Source: Dictyostelium discoideum (taxonomy: Eukaryota). From it: 64,000 bases of DNA. The stretch spans positions 96,001 to 160,000 of the forward strand of contig CM000155.2 of NCBI GenBank assembly GCA_000004695.1. Direction: 5' to 3'. The notes under the pieces were generated by a model. It was not told the DNA's origin. It searched no databases and saw only the letters and a program-made list of their open reading frames with translations. This document shows, one piece after another, positions 45,085-58,546 of this stretch (within the stretch, counting starts at the first letter, position 1; each line of letters begins with the position of its first letter). A program made the translations under genes and the position numbers.

Positions 45085-45117
<33 letters not shown>

Positions 45118-45154
45118 GCAATGGCAATAATATTCATTTAAATAATAGTCCACC

Positions 45155-45190
<36 letters not shown>

Positions 45191-45605
45191 CAACCCGCCA
45201 AATTTCTTAGGTAACAACAATACAAATAGTAATAATAATAATAACAATAATAATAATAGTAATAATAAAAACAGCTTTTTATTTCAAAATCCAAACCAAA
45301 TAGCAAATCCTTCTTTTTTTTCATCAGCCAATCCCTCAACTAATAATATAATACCGCCAAATCCAAATCCAAATTCTAATAATAATAATACTGGTAATAG
45401 TGGAGGCTTAATTTTAGATAATTCAGCCACAAACTTTTTCCAAAATGTAAATAGTAGTGACAATAATAATAACAACAATAATAATAGTGGTAATAATGTT
45501 AATAACAATAACACGAACCAATCCATTTTTCTCTCATCTCAAAAACAACCGATTCAAACCGAACCAAAAAATAATACTAACAACACCAATAATATTAATC
45601 CAAGC

Positions 45606-45658
<53 letters not shown>

Positions 45659-47261
45659 CAGTAGCAGTAACAATACCAATAATAATAATAATAATAATAA
45701 TATTGATAATTTACAAAGTTCAATTTCATCACAATTACAATTATCATCCCCACCGTCAAGTTCCCCAATTGCAACATCAGCAATGTCCCCAAATAATTTG
45801 GATACAAACCAAATACTCCATACAATAGGGTGCAATATCGAGCATATTCACAATCAATTTTGTAATATGTTGTTTCAAAATCAAACAAATTCATCACCTT
45901 CTTTGTCTACCTCTCATACTTCAATGAACATAACTAACGAGCCAGCAAAAATTTTAGATAAAAAATCACAATTTTCAATTCAATCTCAAAATGATGATAA
46001 TAATACTACTAACAATAATAATAATAATAATATTAGTAATAATAATAATAATAATAATAATAGTAGTAATAGTAGTAATAATAATAATCATGGTAACAAT
46101 CGCAATATTCATAATCATTCACATGGACATAATCAACACAACCATGGCCATGGTCATAATCAACACAACCATGGACATAATCATGGCCATCATAATCATG
46201 GGCATGGACATAATCATGGACATCACAATCATGGCCATCATAATCATGGTCATAATCATAATCATAATCATGGTCATAATCATAATCATGGAAATCACAA
46301 TAATGGCCAAAATACTCCAATTCACAATCATTTTTCTAGTGCACCAATACCAATTGGATCTAATAATAATAATAATAATAAAACAACCACTACAACAACT
46401 ACTACAACAACAACAACGAATAGTTCATCACCAAGTGATGGAATTAATTTCAATTTAAATAGTAATAGTAGTGATGTTGAAAGTTATTTAATAAAATCCA
46501 TTGGTGAAGGAGGTGAAGAGAAATTCACATGTGACTATCAATCATGTGGTAAATCATTTAGTACATTGGCTATATTTAAACGACATTTAAAAGAACATAC
46601 TGGTTGTAAACCATTCGTTTGTACTGAAGAGGGTTGCAATAAAAGATTCTCAAGAAAATTCGACTTAAAGGTACATTTACGTTCTCATACAGGTGAAAAG
46701 CCTTATCTTTGTACATTCCCTGGTTGTAGTAAAAGATTTGCTCGTTCCTCTGATTTACGTCTTCATCAAAGAATTCATACTGGTGAGAAACCTTTTGTAT
46801 GTGATTGGGAAGGTTGTTCAAAAAGATTTATTCGTCAAGCTGATTTAAAAAAACATAGAAAAACACATCAACTTAATAATAATAATAATGCAGCAGCAGC
46901 ATCATCATCATCTTCATCATCTTCGTCACATCCACATGTTCATAGTGTTGGTTGTGGTCATACAGCAATAGCTCATGAAGGTCATATCGATTTTTTACAC
47001 GATCGCCATTTACATTCAATGAATCATGATCATGTTGATCATAGTATTGAAGTATCCGAAACCAATCCTACAAGTTGTACTCCTAAATTCGTTTGTAGTC
47101 ATCATCCTGATGGTTCTTCTCATTCAATGGATTGTGGTCATGAAATTGTTCCACATTTTGACCATTATGATTTCTTGGTCGATGGTCATCTTCATCATGT
47201 ACATGAAGGTCATTGCGATAATCATGGTTGGGTTGAAGTAATAAATAACTTTATGAAATAA
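44829..47261 (+). CDS. Putative transcription factor, 810 aa: N-terminal LisH motif, long poly-N/poly-S linkers, an ~75-aa His-rich (HGHNHGH)n tract, four tandem C2H2 zinc fingers, and a His/Asp-rich C-terminus.
   Basis: LisH: INKLDAAIYYYLVEKGMAKTALSFSQEM. Zinc fingers: CDYQSCGKSFSTLAIFKRHLKEH, CTEEGCNKRFSRKFDLKVHLRSH, CTFPGCSKRFARSSDLRLHQRIH, CDWEGCSKRFIRQADLKKHRKTH with TGEKP linkers. An imperfect CATAATCATGGN repeat encodes (HNHGH)n. Internal or antisense track ORFs (45284-46458) are rejected. Confidence 0.85.
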
Positions 47262-47652
47262 TCAATTTTTTTTTTTATTATTTTTATTCTTTCAAAAAAA
47301 ATAATTTTTAAAAAAAAAAAAATCTTTTTGAAAAAGCAATAAAAATAAATAAAAAAATCTTTTTGAAAAAGCAATAAAAATAAATAAAAAAATAAAAAAA
47401 AAAAATATCCACATTGGTAAACTAATTTTCATCATCATAAAAAGATATTTTCAAAAAATCCATTGAATTTTTTTTTTTTTTTTAAATTTTTACTTTCACT
47501 TTTCAAAATATCTGTTTCGTTTGAAAGATATTTTTTTTTTTTTTTCAATTTTATTTTTTTTAATTTCAATTTTAATTTTTTATAATTAAAAAAAAAAAAA
47601 ATCATCATCATAAAATTTTATTTTTTAATATTTATTTTTCAATTAAAGCAAG

Positions 47653-49741
47653 ATGTCAAAACTATTAAATATTATTTTTATTTTAATTTTAACAATTTCA
47701 TTTATTAATTGTCAAGAAATTATTAATATTTCAAATGGTCCAATTAGAGGTATAGTTTTTTTTTTTTTTTTTTTTTTTTAAATTATAAAAGTATTAATTA
47801 ACTAATTTATTTTAAATCAATAAAAGGTAATTCATTTGATTCACATAAAGAATTTTTAGGAATTGGTTTCGCACAACCACCAGTCGATCAACTTCGTTGG
47901 AAATCACCATTAGCACCATCACCATGGTCTGATGTTTATGATGCAACCTATGAAAGATTACCTTGTGCACAAATTTGTAATTTACCACCAGAACTTTGCA
48001 CAAATACATCAACAGAAGATTGTTTATATTTAAATGTTTTTACACCAAATATTGATTTCTCAACAATTCAAGAACCATTACCAGTTATGTTTTTCATTGC
48101 TGGAGGAAGGTATATATTTATATTTTTATATTTTTATTTTTAGGTAATTTATATAATAATAATAATAATAATAATATTATTTCAAATCATTTGTTATTAT
48201 AAATTTTTTTTTAATTTATATTTATATATAGATTTGAAATGGGAAGTGGATCAGGAGAGCTTTATAATGGAACTAAAATGGTAAATTCATCAAATATTGT
48301 TTTTGTTAGTATAAATTATAGATTAGGTATTTTTGGTATGCTTCAAACTGATACAATTTCAGGAAATTTAGCATTCGAAGATCAATTATTAGCATTGAAA
48401 TGGGTTCAACAAAATATTAAAGCATTTGGTGGTGATCCTAATCAAGTTACAGTTTTTGGTGAAAGTGCAGGTGGTACAAGTTGCGCACTTCATTTAACAT
48501 CACCAGCTTCTGCTGGTTTATTTTCAAAGATTATCATTGAATCAAATCCATGGTCTTTACCAATCAAAACAATTGATGAAGCTAAAGATTTGGCTAAAAT
48601 TTTCGCCAAAGATTTAGGTTGTGATATTAATGATAATGCTTGTCTTTACTCTAAAAATCAAGAAGAACTTTTACTTGCAATGAATATTAGTCAAAATCAT
48701 TTTAATGTTTTGGCACCACTTTTAACTTTTCTTCCATGGACTCCAGTTGTTGGTAATTATTATAATTAATAATTTTTTTTTTTTAATTCTTATTTTTTAT
48801 AATTATTAATAATTTTTTATTTTGTTATTATTATTATTATTTTAAAGATGGAGTTTTAATTACTGATCAACCATTAGCACTTATTCAAAAAGGTGATTAT
48901 AATAAAGTACCAATTATTGTTGGTACAGTTCGTAATGAAGCATTGGTTTTTGTTGCTGGTGTAAGTATAATCAATAATTATTATATTTAAATAATTTATA
49001 ATATTATTCATAATATATTAATATATTTTTTAAAAAAAGATTGCATTAGATATTAGTAAAATTGAATATATTGGTGGATTAATTGATATATTCGGACTTT
49101 CTCATGAAATAAAGATATATGAATTATATAAACCATTTATCAATGGTTCAAACTTTATGGATACACTTGGAGTAGTTGGTACTGATTATATTTTTGTTTG
49201 TCCAGTTAGAAATGCTGCAATGTATTTATCAACCAATTCAGATTTTCCGGTTTATACTTATCAATTCCAACATGTTTCAAGTTTTAATCCATACGGTAAT
49301 GGTTATGATTATTGTGCTGATCAAGTTTGTCATGGTAATTATTTTATATTGAATATATACATATATATGTTTATATTTATTAATTTTTTAAAATCAATTA
49401 TCACTTTTAATTGTGTTTATATTAATAATAATTTCATTTTATTTTATTTATTTTTTTTTTTTCATTAAGGACTTGAATTACCATATGTTTTTGGTAATGC
49501 TGGACAATATACATTTAGTGCACAAGAACAAATTTTATCAACAAATATGCAAAATTATTGGACAAATTTTGCTGTAAATGGAAATCCAAACATTGGTAAT
49601 CCAGTTAATATCCAATGGACTCAATATAGTAAATCAAGTGATGATATGTTAACTTTAGACACACCAAGTTATATGCAATCAAATTATTTAAAAAATTATT
49701 GTGATTATTGGGATTCTTTGGGTTATCAAGTTGGTTGGTAA
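47653..49741 (+). CDS. Type-B carboxylesterase/lipase-family protein (cholinesterase-like; similar to Dictyostelium D2/crystal-protein esterases), ~526 aa, six exons: 47653..47749, 47827..48109, 48232..48752, 48848..48960, 49040..49334, 49470..49741.
   Basis: Signal peptide MSKLLNIIFILILTISFINCQ; EDCLYLNVFTP; nucleophile elbow FGESAGG; catalytic-triad acid region; C-terminal YVFG. All five introns are GT...AG (GTATAG, GTATAT, GTAATT, GTAAGT, GTAATT donors) with consistent phases. 1581 nt = 527 codons. Confidence 0.88.
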
Positions 49742-49940
49742 TATTTTAAAGAAAAAAAAAAAAAAAAATAAAATAAAATAAAATTATTAGATAGATTTTA
49801 AAAATAATAATATTCTTTATCTGTTAATAGATTTTAAAATGTTTTTTCAAATAAAATTATACATTTAAATTTTTAATATTTAAAAACTTTTTATTTATTT
49901 ATTTTATTTAAAATTAAAATGGGTGATAATGAGTTTGAAT

Positions 49941-52900
49941 TTAAAAACCTGGTGGTTTAGCTTCTTTGATTACAGCACCATATTGATTACTAAGAACAAG
50001 AATTGATAATTTAGAAACATTTGAAATATCTAAAGATGAAACTGTTGAATAATCAAAGTAACCAGCAATATCTGTGTAACCATCTTTAAAGAATTCAACT
50101 GAACCATTTTTGTTTTTACTATAAACTTTGATATAGGTCTTTGAGATTGGTTGAGATTTTTGTTTATGAACAACTCTGAGTTGACCAACCTTTTCAGTGA
50201 TATATACGGCAAGATTATTGGAGTAAACGGTAATATTGTGATGAATTTGAGCTGAAACTACATCAATAACAACATTGCTATTGGCAAATTCATTTGGAAT
50301 CTTAAAGTTAAAGGTACCAGATTTATCTTTGAGTAAGAATGATTCCTTCTTATTTGGAGTAACATAAAGGAAGTGACCCAATTCTTGTTGAACGAATGGA
50401 TTGGTTGAGAAAAGATGTTCAATATCCATTACATAGTAACTAACGGTAATATCAACCAAATTACTATAGTTGACAGAGATTGTTCTATTTGATTCAGAGG
50501 AAATATCAAAAGTTGGTTCATTTGAGGCCATTTTATTTTGTCTTCTTTCTCTATCAATTTCTTTTTCATAATCAATTTCAACGGAATCTTTATTGGAAAC
50601 TTGATCAACTTTGTTTCTTAAATCTTTAAATAATGAATTCCAACGTTGAACTGGATAGTTTTCATATTTCTTGCTATTCTCTGCAGCAACTGTTGGATTT
50701 GGATTAAAGAAGTCTAAATAGGATAATAAGTAATCATATTGAACTTTCATTTCTGGTAAACAACTTGGTTGATTAAATTCTGACATATCAATTAATGGTT
50801 CATCGTCATCATCTTCTTCATCATGTTCATCATGATGATGATCATCATGTTCATCGTCACTTGCAATTTTCTCTGGTTTAATTGATTCTTGAGAGGTTGC
50901 AGTGGTAGTAGTAGTGGTAGTAGTAGCTTCGGTTGTTGTTGTTGTTGTTGGAGTAGCTGGATCAACTGATGGAGAAGTTGCTTCAGAACCAGATTTCTTT
51001 TTCAATTTCTTTTCTTCTTCTTTCTTTTTCTTTTCTTCTTTTTCTTTTTTCTTTAATTCTTCTTTTTCTCTCTTTTTATCTTCTTTTTCTTTTTGTTTTC
51101 TTTCTTTTTCTCTTTGTTTTTCTTCTTTTTCAAGTTTCTTTTTATCTTTTGAACTATCAGTAGTGGTTGATAAATTTGAAGAGGAAGAAGAAGAAATTAC
51201 TGATGAATGAGTTGATTTTGAATCAGTAGTGGTTGAAGAAGAAATTAATTTTGGAATTGAAACTGGATGTTTACCAATTCTCTTCATAATTTTAATTGAT
51301 TCATCAAATCTATCTTGAAGTAATAAATAATAAGCTAAAGAAAGTAATTCAGTATCGGATGGATTTAATTTCAATGAAAGTAAACTACAGAATTCATAAT
51401 ATTGATTTGATAATTTATTATTAAGAATCTTTCTTTCATCACCAATTTGATGAGTTCTTGAATTAACCAATGGAGAGTATTCCAAGAATTTGATGAAGTT
51501 ATTTTCAAATGGATCAACATAAATGGATGGTGCATCGATTGATTTCATTGATAAGGAATGAATTTGTTCAGAGAGGTAATCTTTCAAGTAAACGAAATTC
51601 TTATGATGAATAGAGAATGACCAAGTGATAGATTCATAGAATTTCAATTTCTTTAAGAGTTCAATTACTTTATCCCAAACTTTCTTATCGGTATATCTAT
51701 GATAGAGATGATAGAAATCAACACGATACAAATTGTTCTTTGATAAATATTCCAAGATTGATTCCAATGTACCTTGATTTGCAATGTATTCCCATGATAA
51801 ATGATTGACAATAGATGGTTTTAAAACTACACTAAAGGTGAATGGTGTAACATTGGCAATAATATTTTGTTTCTCTGAAACGTGAGCAGGGAAATGTGGG
51901 AATTTACCAGCTTCTGGGAAATAGAAATAATATTGTAAACGAGTGGTACTATATGCAGATAGATTAACAGATTTAGAACGTGTTACAAATGGTGATGGAC
52001 CAACAGCAATTGAACCCTTTGGAATCTCTAAAAGGGCATCCAATTTCTTTTGTTTTGAAGAAAGATTTGCAATTACAACCATTGCACCATAAACCTTTGA
52101 GACAAGGAATTGGTCATTGATATAGAGTTCCTCTTGTTCACCATCTATATAGGTGAATTGATTTTGTGGATCAAAGAAATGTTGAGTTACCAAAATATCA
52201 GATTGTTTTTCAATGCTTCCAGATACCAACTCTTGATGGAAAACAACGATTGGTGTAGTTGGTTTCATTGATAATTTTCCATTCTTTGGTCTAACTTGAG
52301 TGGTATTATCCTTTACAGTGAATGGGAAATCCAATACTGAAAGAGCCATCATTGATTCAGCAAATGATGAACTAATGAATGCAATGTATTTACTAACAAA
52401 TGGTGTTTTGCTTTGGCTCTTGATATGATTTGCATAGTCTAACCAAAATTCATTGACTGGAATCAATGACGAATGTGGATTCAATTGTTTATAATAGTAA
52501 GTTTCTGCTAATTCTTCAGTTTTTTCAATTGGTTGATAGATTTGTGCTGCTTCATAGGCACGAGTAATTGGAGCTGGTGGTGCTGGTGATGCTGATGCCA
52601 ATCTGGCTGATCTCAATGCTGCCATTGGAACTGCTCCAGGTGCTGGACAAGGTGCTGAAGCCATCATCATCATTGGTGCAGCACAATCCATCATTAAACT
52701 TGTTGATTCTTTATTTACCATTTTCTTTTTCATTGGAGCTCTCTTAGCATCACCAAAAGAATTGCTATTAGTAGTATTATTGTTATTGTTGCTATTGTTA
52801 TTGTAGCCGAAACCACCACCACCTCCAACACTCATTGGTTCTAAATTACTACCATCATCATAAAGATCATCATCACCACTCTTTAAACTTTCAATATCAG

Positions 52901-55892
52901 TATCTAATTGATTTAAAGCGATCTTGAAATTTGTATCATATTGAGATGGTGAAATTGGAGAGAAGCCAACTTTTTGTTTCAAAAGATTTGAAATTGAATC
53001 TGAATGTTCTGGGAATAGCTCACCTAATAAAACCATTTCCAAAGCATTTAAAGTGTTGAATCTATTTGAATCGATAACAAATATTTCCAATTTCTTTCTA
53101 TCGGCACATAAATAATGATCAATGAATGTTTTATAACCTTTAGTTTGAACCAATGGTAATACAACTTGATCAAAGAATTCCTTATCCTTTTTATAGATGA
53201 AAAAGTTTAATTCATGGCAAGTGAACTTTGAGAATTTCTCTTTCTTCTTTTCAAATGATAATGATTCCCATTCTGCAATGAAAGAAAAATCTTGAAGATA
53301 ACTCTTATTCAAAGTTTTCATTAAAGATAAAACTTTATCTAAACTATCGTATACTGTATATTTTGAAGAGTTTACATTTAAGATTTCAAATGGTGAATTT
53401 GGTTCAACAGTTGTAATTAATTTCTCTTCTTTATAATGTAAAGATGAATCCAATGGTCTAACTAATTTAGTATCTTTGAAATGATTAATCGATGATGATG
53501 ATGATGGATCAGAAATAACAATCTCTTTTGTAAAGATAGAATCATTATCAACGGCATGGATATGAATTGTTGAACCAGCTTCTACTAATTGAGAGAGATC
53601 AATATTTACTATACCATCAGTTGATGATGGTTCAAGATTTAAAAGTAAAATTGATGGATGTGAAAGAAACTCTAAAAATGGTGAACGATTTGTTGAAGAA
53701 ACTCTTCTCTTTTCAACTTGTCTATTTCTCATTGATTTTTCATCCTTTACTTCAGATTCATTGTATTTACTTGCTTGTTTGAGTGTGTTTGTAGAGTTTG
53801 TAGTTTTACCAATTGACCATGGTTGAACCAATAGACTTGGTTTCTTTAATGAATTACCAGGTAATAGTTTTTTACTAGTTTTTCTATTTAAAATGTAATT
53901 AACTTCATCACCTAATGATCTACCATTGAAATATAATGATTTTGGTTTAACGCTATATTCTTGATAAGATTGAGAAGTACCACGTGATAAAGATAAACTT
54001 GAATTTAAAGAATTTGTTGGTTCAAAGTAACTTGAAAAAACGTGAACTCTAGTTGAAGGGCTATGATTCTTAAATTTAACTTGAAGTTGATTATGTTTAG
54101 TATCAATGTTTGTATCAAAGAATAAAGATTTTACATTTGATTCATTGTATGAAACAATTCTTGATGGACCAACTAAATAACCTTCTCTAAATTGACCATC
54201 GACAACATCAATTAAAATCTCAACTGTATTACTTGATTGAATTGAACCTGCTAAAATCAATAAATATCTACCAACACCTAAACCATTGATAAGTAATTCA
54301 TTTTTATTTTCAATTGTTACAGATTTCTTTAAAAGGTCATGAACAACGAAATTTCTATCATCAACACCACCCAATTGGAAAAAGTTGATTTGTGAATGTG
54401 AAACTGATTTTTCATTACCAAGATATGGTAAACGAATGGTTTCACCCAATTTAATGTTAATTTGAGATGGATAAGTGAATTGTTGTTGTCTTTTAATTGG
54501 GAAATTAAAGGTTGCATAGGAACCATTTACATTTAATTGTTCGATATCAGCCAAAGAACCTAAATGAATTTTACCATTTTTATCGGTTTTCAAAGTGGTA
54601 TAAATTCTTTCAGAGGTTAACCAATGTTGGAAATCCATTGAGACATCCAAATGAGAGAATGGATCACCACCTTTACCAAGATGACAAAGTTGATAACCTA
54701 ATGAACACCCATCTTTAGCTAGACAACGTTCTAAATAGAATTCAGAGATTTGATCAGTTTGATTGATAGTATTAACTTGGAAAGTGGATTCAAATGAAAG
54801 AGTCTCTTGATTATTATTTCTACTAAGAGCACGAACTTTAGCTTCGAAACGAACAGTCAAACTATTTAAACCTTCTTGAACTTTATATTGATATACAGAT
54901 TCTTTATTATCGAATAGAGCAAATGGTTTAATTTCCTTTGAGTTTACAACTGGTGATTCAGAATTATCAGAACTTGTAATGGTGAGAGATGGTTCCTCGA
55001 GATAATTGTTTGAGATTTGAGTATCACCCAAGAACAATTTAACTCTTACAACGATTGGAGCCTTTTCATTTTGAAGTAAACTTGAGTTTTCAACGAAAAT
55101 ACCACCACTTAAAGAGTAATGTTCCGATTGATGAGTGAATTTCTTTAATGAAGCAAATACATCGGAATCACCAATCTTTGCCATTAGAATGATACTCTTT
55201 TGTGAGGTAGATGAAGAGAATGGTATTTTAATATCACCATCATCATTGCTATTGTAGGCATTTCCATCGATGTAAACTGAACTCTTTTGAACTTTGATTG
55301 AATCTTGATCAATGATTTTAATGACTTGACCAATTGGTGAGGTTTCAACAATGAAATGAAGGTCACCCTTTTGAATCATTGATCTACTACTCTTACCATT
55401 ACCAATGAATTCAATTACGAAAATACCTCTCTTTCCTTTAAGATTTGGAAAATCGAATTTCTTTTCAACCTTTTCAATTGGTGCTTGCTCTGAATAATCA
55501 AATGACAACTCTTGACTTGCAATTAAACCATCCAAGTTAATATTTGAATCGATTTTCTTATTTTCACTCTTATAATAATTGAATGTTGAAATTTCAAATA
55601 CTTTTACCAAAAGAGTATTTACATTTTTAATTGCACATTCAATGACTACATCATCATCTGGATGATAATATTCTCTATTGGTTGGTAAGAATTCAATATC
55701 AACACGATCTTTCAACTCTTGTACCTTTGTATGATTATCAATCATTTCAATCCATTTCTCTGGTGAACTATCATTTGATAATAATTTACTCTCTGCTAAT
55801 ATTAAATTTAAATAATTTGGTCTAAAATAACTTTGATATGATTTAATACTATTTTCTTTTAAAAATAATTTTTTTAATAAAAATGAAATCTA

Positions 55893-55932
<40 letters not shown>

Positions 55933-57138
55933 AAGTTAATAATAAAAAAAAGAAATTTAATAATATTATATATATTTAAAAAAAAAACTTACTAATTTTT
56001 CATCATCATCTTGTGATACAGATTTTAAACCATTAAAAGAATCATTAAATTTTGATAATTGTGGATTTGATTTTAATCTATCTGGTTCAACATAATAATA
56101 TGTATCTCTTGGTAATTGAAAATATTTTTCAATTATTGATTGATCATATTTATTATCAGAAATTTGGAATTTAATATAATGATGATAGATTAATAATTTG
56201 AAGGTGTTTAAAGATGTTGGAAGATTTGAAACAAATTTTGAAGCAGATTGATAAAATTGTTCTTGTACTGGTTTAAGAGTTTCCCAATCATGTAATTCAT
56301 TGGTTGGTAATAATTTCTCTAAATAAAGTTTAACATAGGCTGAATCTAAATGCTCTGGATTCTTTTCAATGTGTTTCTCCATTTGTTCCAATGTTAAATT
56401 TTCATGAATTTTCAAAGAACCAAATGAACCCTTATGATGACTTAACAATTGTTGTAATTTATCATTTGGTACAATTGGGTACTTTAATTTTTGTACAATC
56501 GATTTCTCGGCAGATTCTGGTAATGTGAAATTATTTAATACATATTCGAATGAATTTGGTGAAATATAATCAACCTTGTATGGATACTGATTGATAATAC
56601 TTTCAATTACTGTTTTTTTATTTACAAGTGATTCATCTAATGTTGATTCTGATTTATCGTCATGTGATGATGATGATGATGATGAAGGTGTAGTTGTTGT
56701 TTCTGTGGTTGGTGAAGTTTGATGAGTAGTTTGAGTATATGAAAATGTTAAACTAAGGAGGTATCTTAATTCTTCAAACATGTCATTTACATTATTTGCT
56801 AATGCTGATGGATTTACATTATCTTGTCTAAAAGATAATAATTTTTGTCTAAGATCAACTGATTTATATTGTTGAGTGGATTCGTAATTGTTATTTCCTC
56901 CATATGGTGTTACTGGTATTGGTTTTGATTCTGGTGACCAATCTTTCATTAACTTTTGATACTTTTCTCTATTTTTACTGTCGGATAATGTTGGATCAAC
57001 ATTTAATAAATGAATAACATTATAATAGAAATATTGTGGACTACCACCTATCAATGTTCCCAATAATTTCTCTTTCTCTTCAATATCACTTGCTAATACA
57101 TAATTTTCTTCAAATTTTTTATTATTTGAAACTGTCAT
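49941..57138 (-). CDS. Very large uncharacterised protein, ~2364 aa. Two exons: 57138..55993 and 55889..49941.
   Basis: The 416-aa ORF, read from its first ATG at 57138, ends in ...DDDEKL|GTAAGT (phase 0). A TTTTATTAG acceptor opens the 5.9-kb ORF at 55889, in frame (ISFLLKK...KWIEMIDNHTK...). 1146 + 5949 nt, both divisible by 3. Features: beta-rich N-terminal half; Gly/Asn and Ala/Pro/Met-rich low complexity; TPR-like helices; a Lys/Glu coiled-coil low-complexity run (KEKEEKKKKEEEKK); an acidic HDDHHHDEHDEEDDDDE tract; a beta-rich C-terminus. No family recognised. Confidence 0.65.
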
Positions 57139-57391
57139 TTTTTGTTTCCTTTTCCTTTTTTCTTTTTTTCTTTTTTTCTTTTTTTTTTTATATAAATACA
57201 AACAAATAAATTTCAATGATTAGAAAAAAAAAAAAAAATATAATTTAATAAAATTAATTAAGAAAAAGAAAATTAAAAAAGTTTTATAGTGAAAAAAAAA
57301 AAAAAATTTAAAAAAAAAACAGTGTTCTTTCAAACCATGAACAGGCAATAAAATTAAATTTAAATTAAATTTATTTTATTTGAATTATTTT

Positions 57392-57425
<34 letters not shown>

Positions 57426-57844
57426 AAAAAAACAAAAAAATCAAAGGAAGATAACCCAAAAAAACAATAAAAATCTTTCTTCCATAAAATTCTATGAAAC
57501 CTTATAATTATATATAAGGTATTAAATTCTTTTAAAACTTGAAAAATTTTTTTTTTTTTTTTTCCGTTCCTTTTCATATTTTTTTTTTTATTTACATTTC
57601 CTAAAAATTGAAATAGTTGACAGATCTTGATCTTTTTCTTTTTTCAGAGAATGTCAAAAAAAAAAAAAAAAAAAATTTATTTAATTTTATTTATATAATA
57701 TGAATTCAGTGAAGAAAAGTAAAAAAAATTAATAATTATCAAAAAGTTAAGGTTTTTAATAATATTTTTTAATATATAATAAAAATAATAATAATAAAAA
57801 ATATGGATTATAATATATTGGAATAGATAATGTAATTGGTGCTG

Positions 57845-58025
57845 TTACTTCATGCTGCCAAAACCAACTAACTAAAAGGGAAGGTGGGGGTGGAAAAGGG
57901 ACAAAAAGAATTTTCTTCTTTTTCCAACTTTCTAATTTGTTTTTTATGTTGTCTTCTTTTTCTTTTCTATTTTGATACCTATCGACCCCTAACCTTCATT
58001 CTGCCAAAACCTACTAACTAAGAGA
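57845..58025. other. GC-richer island with two diverged direct copies of a 31-nt motif. Candidate small ncRNA gene(s) or a regulatory element between the 2364-aa gene and the LeuRS gene.
   Basis: CTTCATGCTGCCAAAACCAACTAACTAAAAG (57848-57878) and CTTCATTCTGCCAAAACCTACTAACTAAGAG (57993-58023), ~28/31 identical. GGGAAGGTGGGGGTGGAAAAGGG follows the first copy. Local GC content is clearly above the ~15% intergenic background. Confidence 0.4.
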
Positions 58026-58262
58026 GAACTATTTTATTTGTTTTTGTGATACTATATCTGTTAAGTTCATAAAAGAATTTTTTGAACTAAACAAATATTG
58101 CATATTTTCATAACAAAAAAAAAAAAATGGTATAGGTGCACTTGGAAAAATCCATATTAAAAATTAATAAAATAAATAAAATTAAATGGTTGTAAAAAAA
58201 AAAAAAAAAAAACTTTTTTTCTAAACAAATCCAAATTATTAAGAAATAATAAATTCAATTTT

Positions 58263-58305
<43 letters not shown>

Positions 58306-58475
58306 CCCCCAACTATTTTTTTAATAATTTATAAATAATTTTATCTTTATATAAAAAAATATTCAATTGGATATATTTTTTTTTTTTTTTATTTTTTTAT
58401 TCTGATATTCTGAAAACTATTTAATTTTTCCTTTTTTTTTAGCTTTTTTTTTTAGTTTTTTTTTTAATTTTCATA

Positions 58476-58508
<33 letters not shown>

Positions 58509-58546
58509 TGATTTGTGATTTTTTAAAAAGAAAACGAAAGTAGAAA

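Noticed and set aside
45284-46458. Six short ORFs on both strands within the zinc-finger gene (poly-L, poly-I, poly-Y, HD-repeat peptides)
   Set aside because: Alternate frames of the (AAT)n and His-repeat coding microsatellites.
50030-55366. Short ORFs inside the 5.9-kb exon of the 2364-aa gene (e.g. 50902..51210 +, 50969..51163 +, 53567..53782 +, 54329..54526 -, 55184..55366 -)
   Set aside because: Nested or antisense. The poly-V/F/S ones derive from the Lys/Glu-rich repeat DNA.
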